A stretch of DNA of 38,978 bases from an uncultured Eubacteriales bacterium (GTDB taxonomy: Bacteria; Bacillota; Clostridia; Oscillospirales; Acutalibacteraceae). The notes under the pieces are model-generated. The model saw only the letters and a program-made list of their open reading frames with translations. It had not been told where the DNA came from and ran no database searches. The position numbers were made by a program, and so were the translations under genes. This document shows, piece after piece, positions 8,948-17,566 of this stretch (position 1 is its first letter; every line of letters begins with the position of its first letter). The stretch covers positions 1 to 38,978 of the forward strand of contig ONSE01000029.1 in NCBI GenBank assembly GCA_900320415.1, given 5' to 3'.

Positions 8948-10115
8948 TCTTCAGCTCCTCAAGAAACTCTTTGATTCGCGCGAGCGCCGTTTTGAGGTGC
9001 TTGAGCGAATAGGAATAGGAGACTCTGACAAAGCCGTCTCCGCACTTGCCGAACGCGCTGCCGGGTACAACGGCAACGTGCTTCTCCATGATCAGACGGG
9101 TGCAGAACTCCTCGGAGCTCAGTCCCGTGGACTTGATGCAGGGAAACACGTAGAACGCTCCCAGCGGTTCGAAGCAGGTGAGTCCCATCTCATTGAAGGA
9201 ATCCACCACCAGACGGCGGCGCATATCATACTCGTCGCGCATCTTGGAAACGTCCCTGTCACCGTTGCGCAACGCCTCAATCGCGGCATACTGCGCGGTG
9301 GTGGGCGCGGACATAATGCCGTACTGGTGCAGCTTGGTCATCTGGGAAATGATCTCAATGGGGCCGAGCGCGTAGCCCAGCCGCCATCCCGTCATGGCAT
9401 AGGATTTCGAAAATCCGTTGATGACAATGGTGCGCTCATACATTCCCTCGACAGAGGCGATGGAAACATGGTCCCTTCCGCCGTAGGTAAGCTCCGAGTA
9501 GATCTCGTCGGAGAGGACGAGAATATCCTTCTCGATGCAGACCTCCGCGATCTGCTCGAGGTCATGGCGCTCCATGATCGCGCCGGTGGGATTGTTGGGG
9601 AACGGCAGCACAAGCAGCTTGGTCTTGTCGGTAATCGCCGCGCGCAGATCCGACGCTCTGAGGCGGAAGTTATCCTCGTTCTTGGTATTGATAATGACGG
9701 GCGTACCGCCTGCCATCAGGGTGAGCGGCTCGTAACAAACGAAAGCGGGCTGGGGAATGATCACCTCGTCCCCCTCTCCGACCAGTGTGCGGAAGGTGAG
9801 GTCGATCGCCTCGCTGCCGCCGACGGTGACAAGCGCCTGCTTCCTGGGGTCATATGTAACGCCGAAGCGCCTTTGATAGTAGTTGGAGATCTCCTGCAGC
9901 AAGTCGGAAAAGCCGCGGTTCGGCGAATACCAGGTCCTTCCCTTTTCCAGACTGCGGATACCCTCGTCACGGATATGCCACGGAGTCTGGAAGTCGGGTT
10001 CGCCGATACTCAGGGAAATGACATTCTCCATCTCGTTGGCGATATCAAAAAATTTCCGTATTCCCGAAGGCTCTATCGACTGAATACTGCGGTTCAAATA
10101 CTTTGTATAGTCCAT
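8937..10115 (-). CDS. PLP-dependent aminotransferase class I/II (AlaT/YugH-like)
   Basis: SIGEPDF, PNNPTG, SDEIY and GFSKSYAMTGWRLG; paired with an Lrp regulator as in alaR-alaT. Confidence 0.92.
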   Translation of the reverse strand: MDYTKYLNRSIQSIEPSGIRKFFDIANEMENVISLSIGEPDFQTPWHIRDEGIRSLEKGRTWYSPNRGFSDLLQEISNYYQRRFGVTYDPRKQALVTVGGSEAIDLTFRTLVGEGDEVIIPQPAFVCYEPLTLMAGGTPVIINTKNEDNFRLRASDLRAAITDKTKLLVLPFPNNPTGAIMERHDLEQIAEVCIEKDILVLSDEIYSELTYGGRDHVSIASVEGMYERTIVINGFSKSYAMTGWRLGYALGPIEIISQMTKLHQYGIMSAPTTAQYAAIEALRNGDRDVSKMRDEYDMRRRLVVDSFNEMGLTCFEPLGAFYVFPCIKSTGLSSEEFCTRLIMEKHVAVVPGSAFGKCGDGFVRVSYSYSLKHLKTALARIKEFLEELKNGN

Positions 10116-10600
10116 CAGAGAATTAAACTCCTCTCGTCAGCTTGATTATCCGCGTCAAACAGGTTGATGCCCCTGTCCTTATAGCGGCGCATGATAAAGT
10201 GGGTTCCCGTGGAAAGAACGCCGTCGATGGTGGAGAGCTTTTTCGCGACAAACATTCCGATATCCTGCATCGTCTCTCCCCTGACGATCAGCGCGAAATC
10301 GTACACGCCTGCCATCAGGTAAACCGCCTCAACCTCGTCAAACGCCATGCAAAGCTTCGCCATGTCGTCAAATCCTGTTTCCTTCTTCGGCGCGACCTTC
10401 AATTCAATGAGCGCCTCTACGTAGCTGGTTCTTCCAACGTCCTCCCAGTTGACAACCGCCTGGTAACCCTTGATGATGCCCTTGCGTTCGTACTCTCCGA
10501 TGCGGGCGCTGATGGTCTCCTCCGACTCTCCGAGCATCGCGGAAAGCTCCGCAACAGTGAACTGCGAGTTTTTGCTTAACAGGTGAAGCAGCTTGTCCAT
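10115..10600 (-). CDS. Lrp/AsnC family transcriptional regulator
   Basis: N-terminal HTH (..GIIKGYQAVVN) plus AsnC/RAM domain (MAGVYDF...IDGVLSTGTH); 1-nt overlap with the aminotransferase. Confidence 0.92.
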   Translation of the reverse strand: MDKLLHLLSKNSQFTVAELSAMLGESEETISARIGEYERKGIIKGYQAVVNWEDVGRTSYVEALIELKVAPKKETGFDDMAKLCMAFDEVEAVYLMAGVYDFALIVRGETMQDIGMFVAKKLSTIDGVLSTGTHFIMRRYKDRGINLFDADNQADERSLIL

Positions 10601-10627
10601 AATTCATTCCTCCTGAATAATATTGAG

Positions 10628-11110
10628 TCAGACAGCCTGCAGAGCAGGACTCTCGACCGTATTGATTAGATTGGCGCACACGGACGCCGCAACGCAAAAC
10701 AGCTCGTTTTCCCTGTTGGGAATGAGCAGCTCACGGTAAGCCGCGTGCTTTCTGTGCTCTAAAATCAAGGTTTTGTCCACGTCGATGATGCTGAAATTTC
10801 CCGTGTAGATCTCTCCCGAAACACACCAGTTGCTCCCGTAGAAATAGGAGTGTCCTCCCGCGGCGGCGGAAAACATCACAAAGGTCACGTGACGCCCGCC
10901 GAATTTGAGAACATAGGTGCGGGTTCCGACGATCGGCAGCCTCCTGATCCTCGCCGCGACCGCGCCGCTGGTATCCGTTACCGTAAAACGCTGCTTGGCT
11001 ATCAGCTTGGACGGTAAAGCAAGCACGCGGTATTTTTCCTCCCCCGTCTCGTCAAACACCGTAAAACAGCCGTTGTCGGCAGAAGTATCTCTTTTCAGAA
11101 AAAGCTTCAT
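10628..11110 (-). CDS. LURP-one/scramblase-like (YxjI-like) protein
   Basis: MKLFLKR...FTVFDETGEEKYRV...WCVSGEIYTGNFSI...hydrophobic C-terminal helix, the LURP-one pattern; GGTGA SD before ATG 11110. Confidence 0.6.
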   Translation of the reverse strand: MKLFLKRDTSADNGCFTVFDETGEEKYRVLALPSKLIAKQRFTVTDTSGAVAARIRRLPIVGTRTYVLKFGGRHVTFVMFSAAAGGHSYFYGSNWCVSGEIYTGNFSIIDVDKTLILEHRKHAAYRELLIPNRENELFCVAASVCANLINTVESPALQAV

Positions 11111-11161
11111 ATTCTCATCACCAACGAAAAAAATAACCACAGATAATAGGAATCTATGGTT

Positions 11162-11190
11162 ATTATACATCAAAATATGAAATTATACAA
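11162..11190 (-). promoter_or_regulatory. SigA-type promoter for the LURP-Lrp-aminotransferase-ispE cluster
   Basis: TTGTAT-17 nt-TATAAT on the minus strand. Confidence 0.6.
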
Positions 11191-11195
11191 GACTT

Positions 11196-12674
11196 TTACA
11201 GCAATGTCCTGCGAATCCGTTGCTGGTGGAAAAGGTAGCGCGTTTCGATCAGGTGCTCGTACTTGGCGACGTAGCAGCCGGTGTAGCCCATCATCAGCCA
11301 GAACCACATTACCAGGAAGGAAATATCGTACAAAAGCGCCTTCTCAAAAAACGCGTAGGCAAGATACGCGGATAAAAACGCGAACAAACAGGGATAAACC
11401 TCGTCACGCACGGTTTTCCTCCGCAGAAAGAGATGCTGAGCAGCGTGCTTCGCAAAACGGAACCCAAAGGTGCCGAACAATAGCGCGCCGATCACTCCCG
11501 TTGAAACAAGGATCGTTAAAAAGCCGTTGTGAAGGTCGCTGTTATGATAGCTGAACGTCACCGCCCCGTTGAGATATTCCTCGCTGTAGACGATGATATT
11601 GCCGTTCGCGATCCCGATGATCGGAGAAATCTTGAACAGGTCAATGGATTCCTTCCAAAGCTTGAATCTGCCGCTGTCGATGTTCTTATTCTCGTGGTTA
11701 AAGGTGACCGCCTGCTCGGACTCCTCCGCCTGCGTATCGCCGTCGGCGATCTCCTTGATGATCTTCTCATCGTCAAACAGAACGTCAACCAGCGCGTTTG
11801 TCTTGGAGGTAACGGCAGCGAAGCCCGCCTTGAACACAGTGCGGAAAATCATCGAGGCGCCGATGAAAACCGCAATCACAAGCACCAGGGAAAGGATGCG
11901 GAGTATCACCTTTGACGGCGTCAGTCCCGTGCGGGTCTCGAAAAAGATGTAGGTCACATAGACGGCAACGTAGCCCAGCATCAGCACGAAGGCGGCGTTG
12001 GAATCACAGAGAATCAGCGCGAAAAGATTGATGATCGCGCAGGTCACCAGAAAGCCTCTTCCGATAATGCGGCGCGGACGGACATTCTCCATGGACGGCT
12101 TGCTGAGAAAATGGCAGCAGACAACGGCAACCACAGCAGAAAAGCCGAGCCAGTTCGGATTGAAGAAAACGCCTGTGAAACGGTTCTCATAAACGGGAAA
12201 CCGCACGAAATACAGGTCGTTGAAATCATAGGAAAAATGGATGCCGAACAAAAGACAAAAGAAACCGACAAAGTTGAACAGTGTGTTGAGAACGATCAGG
12301 ATCTTCGCGATCATATCAAGCTCCCTGCGGAAATCGAGGTCAGGCTCGGTATGCATCCCGTAAAAAACCACAAAGCACAGCAGCACATGAAGAAACATCA
12401 GGCAACTGTAGAACAGCGTGACGGAAACATTGATCAGCGTGGAAAACAGCGAAAAAATCAAAAACGCCATTATCCAAATCCCAAAGCGCAGACGCGTAAA
12501 AGTGGCATACCGCTTCTGGTTGACATACACCAGACGCATTCCCCAGCAAAACAGGGGAACCAGCAGCACATAGGCGAGAACCTGCACGAAGGAGATCATA
12601 CAGAAAAACAGATCGATAATATAAACCGTGCGGAACAACGACGAATTATTCAGCATTTTTCTGAAACCTGTCAT
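11196..12674 (-). CDS. O-antigen ligase/Wzy_C family polytopic membrane protein
   Basis: Many TM segments; RFTGVFFNPN, SGRFKLWK...PIIGI and DLHNGFL...GVIG motifs typical of WaaL-like proteins. Confidence 0.8.
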   Translation of the reverse strand: MTGFRKMLNNSSLFRTVYIIDLFFCMISFVQVLAYVLLVPLFCWGMRLVYVNQKRYATFTRLRFGIWIMAFLIFSLFSTLINVSVTLFYSCLMFLHVLLCFVVFYGMHTEPDLDFRRELDMIAKILIVLNTLFNFVGFFCLLFGIHFSYDFNDLYFVRFPVYENRFTGVFFNPNWLGFSAVVAVVCCHFLSKPSMENVRPRRIIGRGFLVTCAIINLFALILCDSNAAFVLMLGYVAVYVTYIFFETRTGLTPSKVILRILSLVLVIAVFIGASMIFRTVFKAGFAAVTSKTNALVDVLFDDEKIIKEIADGDTQAEESEQAVTFNHENKNIDSGRFKLWKESIDLFKISPIIGIANGNIIVYSEEYLNGAVTFSYHNSDLHNGFLTILVSTGVIGALLFGTFGFRFAKHAAQHLFLRRKTVRDEVYPCLFAFLSAYLAYAFFEKALLYDISFLVMWFWLMMGYTGCYVAKYEHLIETRYLFHQQRIRRTLL

Positions 12675-12697
12675 GACAGCAACTCCTGTATCCGTGT

Positions 12698-13378
12698 TCA
12701 GTGCAAGACCTCTCTGACTGTTTTGAACATCAGTCTGATATCAGAGCCAAAACCAAAGCTCTTCGTGTATTCTAGGTTATACTTCATTTTTTCGGGCAGT
12801 ATCTTTTCTATATACACCTTATCCGCGTCCTCGTGAGAGGCAAGCAGCTTTTCCTCGTCCTTATACATGATCGAGGCGAGCGAGGTGATGCCCGCGGGCA
12901 GAAGCAGGGTCGCGTAATACGCATCCTCATACTGCCTGACATATTTCGGGACCTCCGGACGCGTGCCGACAACCGACATACTGCCCGCAAGGACATTAAA
13001 GACCTGCGGCAGCTCGTCAAGGCGGTACTTGCGCAGCGTTCTGCCGATTTTTGTGACGCGGCTGTCACTGTCCGTCGTCACCATGGAACCGAGGCTTTCG
13101 GCGTTGACGACCATCGTGCGGAACTTAAAAATACGAAAAACCTTTCCGTACCTCGTCACCCTCTCCTGCCTGAACATAACAGGTCCCTTGGAGTCGAGCT
13201 TCACCGCGACGGCGATCACGGCAATGGGAATCAGAAGGATCCCCAGCAAGACCAGAGAGATGAAAATATCAAAAATTCGTTTCAACACAATGGAAGCGCG
13301 TTTTTTCTGAAGTATATCGTAATAAACCCTGACCTCGTCGTTCTGAAACTCACGAGGCAGTTTGTCAAAAGCCCTCAT
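12698..13378 (-). CDS. Initiating phosphoglycosyl transferase (bacterial sugar transferase family)
   Basis: KRIFDI, FKFRTM, RKYRLDELPQ, GSMSVVGTRPE; single TM. Start may be 13378 or 13396. Confidence 0.92.
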   Translation of the reverse strand: MRAFDKLPREFQNDEVRVYYDILQKKRASIVLKRIFDIFISLVLLGILLIPIAVIAVAVKLDSKGPVMFRQERVTRYGKVFRIFKFRTMVVNAESLGSMVTTDSDSRVTKIGRTLRKYRLDELPQVFNVLAGSMSVVGTRPEVPKYVRQYEDAYYATLLLPAGITSLASIMYKDEEKLLASHEDADKVYIEKILPEKMKYNLEYTKSFGFGSDIRLMFKTVREVLH

Positions 13379-13423
13379 AATGCAACCCCTGCGCATACTT
13401 TCTCATACTATATGGACAATTTG

Positions 13424-13452
13424 ATTATAACTTCCGAAAAATAAAAAAACAA
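13424..13452 (-). promoter_or_regulatory. SigA-type promoter for the sugar transferase operon
   Basis: TTGTTT-17 nt-TATAAT on the minus strand. Confidence 0.5.
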
Positions 13453-13490
13453 GTAGTATTTCAAAAGCTTAACTATTTATCTCAGAAACG

Positions 13491-13523
13491 TAAAAACCGA
13501 CGGAGGAGAACCGTCGGTTTTTA
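13491..13523. terminator. Intrinsic terminator, symmetric
   Basis: TAAAAACCGACGG-AGGAGAA-CCGTCGGTTTTTA perfect inverted repeat. Confidence 0.85.
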
Positions 13524-13578
13524 GGTAATTTTATGGAGTAATCAAGCACATAGAAAGGAAGTCGTTATTGATTTGATG
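13492..13578 (-). ncRNA. Candidate ~87-nt small RNA
   Basis: Strong promoter (13584-13612) and terminator enclose a short segment with no credible ORF and three CU-rich anti-SD tracts. Confidence 0.6.
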
Positions 13579-13583
13579 GTTAT

Positions 13584-13612
13584 ACTATATCACAGTTATT
13601 GTTGATTGTCAA
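13584..13612 (-). promoter_or_regulatory. Strong SigA promoter with extended -10
   Basis: TTGACA-17 nt-TATAGT with TGn immediately upstream of the -10 and an A-tract UP element. Confidence 0.75.
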
Positions 13613-13725
13613 CACTTTTTTTTGATTATTTCAAAAGTTTTTAGAAATCGTCTGATTTCTCATTGGTGGCCGCAAACTTTTAAATTAGCGGCAAAATTTT
13701 TTAGTCACACATTATAATATAATAC

Positions 13726-13754
13726 TTGACTTCAAAGAAAAAACAATGTAGAAT
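13726..13754 (+). promoter_or_regulatory. SigA promoter of the 6S RNA transcript
   Basis: TTGACT-17 nt-TAGAAT. Confidence 0.7.
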
Positions 13755-13842
13755 GTATGTAAAGAAACAATTCAATATTCGTTCGGTTCTTATGGGAAGC
13801 GCTCCCCGCCTTCTCATATGCGATAACCAGATTGGTTTACCG

Positions 13843-14022
13843 CCTGCCCGATGCGTGAATGATTTTAAAATAACCCTACAACTCTTAAATCGGGAGCTTT
13901 TACTCTTTGAGTGGTGTGCAGACCTCCCACTTTTTGGAAGAAGGGAGCCTGAAGCTCAAAGGTGGGCACCCACCTGTTCTACTCGTAGGCAGGTTATTTA
14001 CTGAATCATACGGTCGGGCGGG
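13843..14022 (+). ncRNA. ssrS: 6S RNA
   Basis: ~180-nt rod closed by CCTGCCCGA/TCGGGCGGG followed by a T-run; carries Firmicutes 6S hallmarks GGGAGC...GGTGTGCA...GGGCACCCACCTG...GCAGGTT. Confidence 0.85.
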
Positions 14023-14085
14023 TTTTTTTTGCGGCAATTTTTTACCATTTTATTACATCCATATTTTTTCTTTCAGGAGCAAGTT

Positions 14086-15048
14086 ATGAAGATTTCAGTT
14101 CTGGGCTGCGGCCGCTGGGGCAGCTGCATCGCGTGGTACCTTGACAAAATCGGCCACGATGTCATCAGCAGCGGACTTGAAAACGCGCCCGAGTTTATCC
14201 AACTCAAAAACGAGCGAAAAAATGATTACCTGAGTTTTCCTGACTCCATCAGGGTGACGAGCGATCTGGCGGAGGCGGTCGGTCACGCCGAGGTGATTGT
14301 CATCTCAATCTCCTCCCAGCATCTGCGCTCTTACATGGCGGATATCGCCAAAAATGATCTTGAAGGCAAAATCATCGTCCTTTGCATGAAGGGCGTTGAG
14401 GTTTCTACGGGAAAACGTCTCACGCAGGTCGTCGGCGATTTTGTGGACGAAGAAAAAACGCCTGTCGCCGTCTGGGTCGGCCCCGGTCATCCGCAGGATT
14501 ATGTCAAGGGAATCCCCAACTGCATGGTCATTGACAGCGCGAATCAGGACGTTAAAAAGAGACTGGTGGGCGAATTCAACAGCGACCTGATCCGTTTCTA
14601 TCTCGGCACGGACTTGATCGGCAGCGAAATCGGAGCGGCGGCAAAAAACGTCGTCGGTATCGCGGCGGGTATTCTGGACGGGCTGCACTACACGTCGCTG
14701 AAAGGCGCTCTCATGGCGCGCGGCACCAGAGAAATCGCGCGCTTGATAAAGGCGCTGGGCGGCAACGAATTCAGCGCATACGGTCTCTGTCACCTGGGCG
14801 ACTACGAAGCGACGCTGTTCTCCCCCTGGAGCCACAACCGCAAATTCGGCGAGGACTTGATCAGAGGCGTGCGTTTCGAAAAACTCGCCGAGGGTGTCAT
14901 GACATCCAAAGCGCTATTCCTGCTCGGTCAGGAATATCATGTAGATATGCCTATCGTGGAGAGCGTCTACAGGGTGCTCTTTGAGGGCGCCGATATTGAG
15001 GACTGCATCAGACGTCTGTTTGAGCGTTCCGTAAAAAAGGAGTTCTAA
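14086..15048 (+). CDS. gpsA: NAD(P)H-dependent glycerol-3-phosphate dehydrogenase
   Basis: MKISVLGCGRWG Rossmann motif, MKG, EIGAAAKNV, GDYEAT..SHNR, AEG; SD AGGAG before ATG 14086. Confidence 0.93.
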   Translation: MKISVLGCGRWGSCIAWYLDKIGHDVISSGLENAPEFIQLKNERKNDYLSFPDSIRVTSDLAEAVGHAEVIVISISSQHLRSYMADIAKNDLEGKIIVLCMKGVEVSTGKRLTQVVGDFVDEEKTPVAVWVGPGHPQDYVKGIPNCMVIDSANQDVKKRLVGEFNSDLIRFYLGTDLIGSEIGAAAKNVVGIAAGILDGLHYTSLKGALMARGTREIARLIKALGGNEFSAYGLCHLGDYEATLFSPWSHNRKFGEDLIRGVRFEKLAEGVMTSKALFLLGQEYHVDMPIVESVYRVLFEGADIEDCIRRLFERSVKKEF

Positions 15049-15057
15049 TCAATCCCC

Positions 15058-16746
15058 ATGAGTAAACAAAAAACAAGTAAATCAAAAAACAAATCCGCTT
15101 CCGAAAAAAAGGCGGAAACCGTGTCAACGATCCGCTCCCAAAACAGGCTGGAGTTTATTGTCGTCAATATTCTCTGCCTGCTGATCTTCCTCGCGTTCGG
15201 GTACATCGCCATTATGAGCTTTTTCCAGACCTGTGTTTTTGACAAGGCACAGTTCGTCAGCGAGGTCGTCATCTTTCAGGCGGACAACGTGATTCTCAAC
15301 CTCTTCTTCACCGCCGTCTTTGTCGCGCTGCTCTTCTGGCTGCGACGGTTTTATGACTTCTTCGCCAAAATAGATCTCCGGATCATGGAGATCGCGCTCG
15401 GCGGCTGGGCGGCGCTGCTCGGAATCATCTGGATCTATTCCGTCACCTCCATCCCCGCCGCAGACAGCGCCAACCTGTTTGAGGCAGCAACCGGCGCCGC
15501 AAAGGATGACTTTTCCAAGTTCCTCGATAACTCCGGCTTCTACTTCAGCGAATACTACAACGGTCACAACTACTTCAACTTCTTCCCCTTCCAGCTTGGC
15601 TTTGTGTTTTTCTCCGAGATCATCTACCGCATCTGCGGCACGGACAGCTCCATGCCCGTTCAGGTCGTCAACGTTTTCGCCCTTGCTTCCGCGTATGTGG
15701 CAATGGCACGGATCTCAAAGCTGCTCTTTAAGAGAAAAAGCATTGAGTTTATCACGATTCTGCTGCTTGCTGTCTGCTTCCAGCCGATTTTCCTCTGCAC
15801 CTTTGCCTACGGAAACATTACCGGTATGGCTTCCGCTGTCTGGGCAAGCCTCTTCCTCATCAAGTATTTCCAGACAAACCGCTATGTATGGATCATTCCC
15901 GCGGGCTGTCTTCTGACATTATCCGTTATTGTGAAATACAATAACCTGATTTATCTCGTCGCCTTTGCCGCAATGCTTCTCATCCACAGCGTCAAGGAGA
16001 AGAAGTGGCAGAGCATTGCCTTTGCCGCCGCGATGGTTGTTGCCTGTGTCGGCATCCCTCAGTTGATCATTATGAGCTACGAGGCGAGAGCCAACACCAA
16101 ATTTGAGGGCGGCGTGACACAGACGATGTACCTTGATCTGGGTCTGCAGGAATCCTATATGGCTCCCGGCTGGTACACCAAAACCGCCGTGGAGGACTAT
16201 ATGAAGGGCGGCTATGACAAGGAGCGCGGCAACGCGGTGGCTTCTCAGAGAATCAGCAACAGGCTGGACGAGTTTTCCGAGGATATGGGCTATGCCTTCG
16301 ACTTCTTCAGCAAAAAAGCCCTCAGCCAGTGGAATGAGCCGAGCTATGAGAGCATCTGGGTCAGCCAGGTGAAGCAGCACTCCTCTGAGCTGAGCGGACT
16401 TGCCAAGGATATCTACGACGGCAGTACGGGTCAGTTCTTCGCGCTGCACTTCAACTTCTATATGCAGATCGTGTTTGTGCTGTTCGCGCTGGGTATCTAT
16501 ATGCTGTTTATTTTCAGGAAATCGAATATTGAAACGCTTCTCCTGCCTCTTGTCCTGCTGGGAGCGTTCGGATATCACCTTCTGTTTGAGGCAAAATCCC
16601 AGTACGCTACCGTTTACATTCCCCTGCTGATCCCCACCGCCGCCTACGCCATGAACAATGTTTTGTTCGGCAAGTATCAATTAGTAAAAAAGGCAGTCGG
16701 TATTGTCAACAAAAGAGTCAGCGAAAAGCAGGAAACAAATCAATAA
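15058..16746 (+). CDS. Polytopic membrane protein, GT-C (GT39/PMT-like) glycosyltransferase-like
   Basis: 562 aa with many TM segments, a loop motif AD...YFNFFPFQLG, KYNN, a large extracellular loop and C-terminal FEAKSQY, the pattern of Firmicutes GT-C proteins. Confidence 0.6.
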   Translation: MSKQKTSKSKNKSASEKKAETVSTIRSQNRLEFIVVNILCLLIFLAFGYIAIMSFFQTCVFDKAQFVSEVVIFQADNVILNLFFTAVFVALLFWLRRFYDFFAKIDLRIMEIALGGWAALLGIIWIYSVTSIPAADSANLFEAATGAAKDDFSKFLDNSGFYFSEYYNGHNYFNFFPFQLGFVFFSEIIYRICGTDSSMPVQVVNVFALASAYVAMARISKLLFKRKSIEFITILLLAVCFQPIFLCTFAYGNITGMASAVWASLFLIKYFQTNRYVWIIPAGCLLTLSVIVKYNNLIYLVAFAAMLLIHSVKEKKWQSIAFAAAMVVACVGIPQLIIMSYEARANTKFEGGVTQTMYLDLGLQESYMAPGWYTKTAVEDYMKGGYDKERGNAVASQRISNRLDEFSEDMGYAFDFFSKKALSQWNEPSYESIWVSQVKQHSSELSGLAKDIYDGSTGQFFALHFNFYMQIVFVLFALGIYMLFIFRKSNIETLLLPLVLLGAFGYHLLFEAKSQYATVYIPLLIPTAAYAMNNVLFGKYQLVKKAVGIVNKRVSEKQETNQ

Positions 16747-16774
16747 AACATTAAGGGAACCTCTTTACAAAGAA

Positions 16775-16802
16775 AACGCGGACGAAATCAATCGTCCGCG
16801 TT
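16775..16802. terminator. Bidirectional terminator overlapping the peptidase stop codon
   Basis: AACGCGGACGA-AATCAA-TCGTCCGCGTT with A- and T-rich flanks between convergent genes. Confidence 0.75.
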
Positions 16803-17297
16803 GTTTTTATCCCGATTCGCGTTTCTCCTGCGCGCTCCCAGCCAGCTTGACGCCTTGTTCCTTCCATAGGTATAGGAATGCCGCAACGGGCGCGAATAGT
16901 ACCAGAAGTTAGTATAAAGGCGATACAGCATCGACTTCGTTGTGTATGACCTTCCCTTGCGGAAAAAGCCTGACATCACCGCGAGGATCTGATTATCGCG
17001 TATTCCCCTCTCCCTGGCAAACTGGTTATCACCGCACATCACATAATCGCCGTTACGCTCAAAATCAATGACGCGGTGCAGCACATACTGCCCGTTGTCC
17101 CGGCGGTAAAGCGCCACATCAAATAAATGCAGCTTCTTCCCCTTCGCACTTTTCAGCACCACGGAATCCTCTCCGTCGCGAAGCATCGGCAGCATACTCG
17201 TTCCATTGGGAGAAAAGGTAACGGTCCCGCCCGCGTCCAGCCGCTCCAGGATGATGCCCATCACCTCGTCGAGCTGCACCTCTTTATTCAAGGACAT
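16788..17297 (-). CDS. S24/S26 family peptidase (Ser/His, SipW/Sec11-type motifs, no N-terminal TM)
   Basis: GTSMLP catalytic Ser box, VLHRV His box, GDN box. Confidence 0.85.
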   Translation of the reverse strand: MSLNKEVQLDEVMGIILERLDAGGTVTFSPNGTSMLPMLRDGEDSVVLKSAKGKKLHLFDVALYRRDNGQYVLHRVIDFERNGDYVMCGDNQFARERGIRDNQILAVMSGFFRKGRSYTTKSMLYRLYTNFWYYSRPLRHSYTYGRNKASSWLGARRRNANRDKNNADD

Positions 17298-17547
17298 TGG
17301 CTTCCTTCGCTTTCTCTATAAATTTATCCACGTCAACCGCCGCTTTCTCGGGGGTGACCTCATATTCCCGAAGCAGACCTGCTATCAGCTCTTCCCTTTC
17401 GGTTCCCTTCTGCATCAGTTCAAAAAGAAACGCGCCTGTCTCATTCAGGGTGATGATACCGTTAAAATTCAGAGTCAGGCTGTTCACGGGTACTACTACA
17501 TAGGAATCCGCGACCTTGCGGAGAATAAAATCTTCTTTTATCTTCAT
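17284..17547 (-). CDS. PqqD family protein / stand-alone RiPP recognition element
   Basis: 87 aa, three strands then three helices; LNETGAFLFE...L..EYEV..EKA..DV..F pattern; SD GAGGTG. Confidence 0.88.
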   Translation of the reverse strand: MKIKEDFILRKVADSYVVVPVNSLTLNFNGIITLNETGAFLFELMQKGTEREELIAGLLREYEVTPEKAAVDVDKFIEKAKEANVLE

Positions 17548-17566
17548 AAAAACACCTCACGGCATT

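Noticed and set aside
13406-13420. SigE-like -10 (TTGTC-CATATAGT) upstream of the sugar transferase
   Set aside because: No matching -35 at the right spacing, and a SigA promoter explains the region.
13598-13612. Possible Fur box at the sRNA promoter (iron-sparing sRNA idea)
   Set aside because: Only about 9 of 14 positions match in an AT-rich region; too weak.
13797-13814. AAGCGCTCCCCGCCTTCT in the 6S leader resembling 19748-19764 in a terminator
   Set aside because: Short gapped match with different pairing partners; no support beyond coincidence.
13726-14089. Short ORFs 13726-14004 and 13907-14089
   Set aside because: They overlap the promoter and 6S RNA and lack an RBS.
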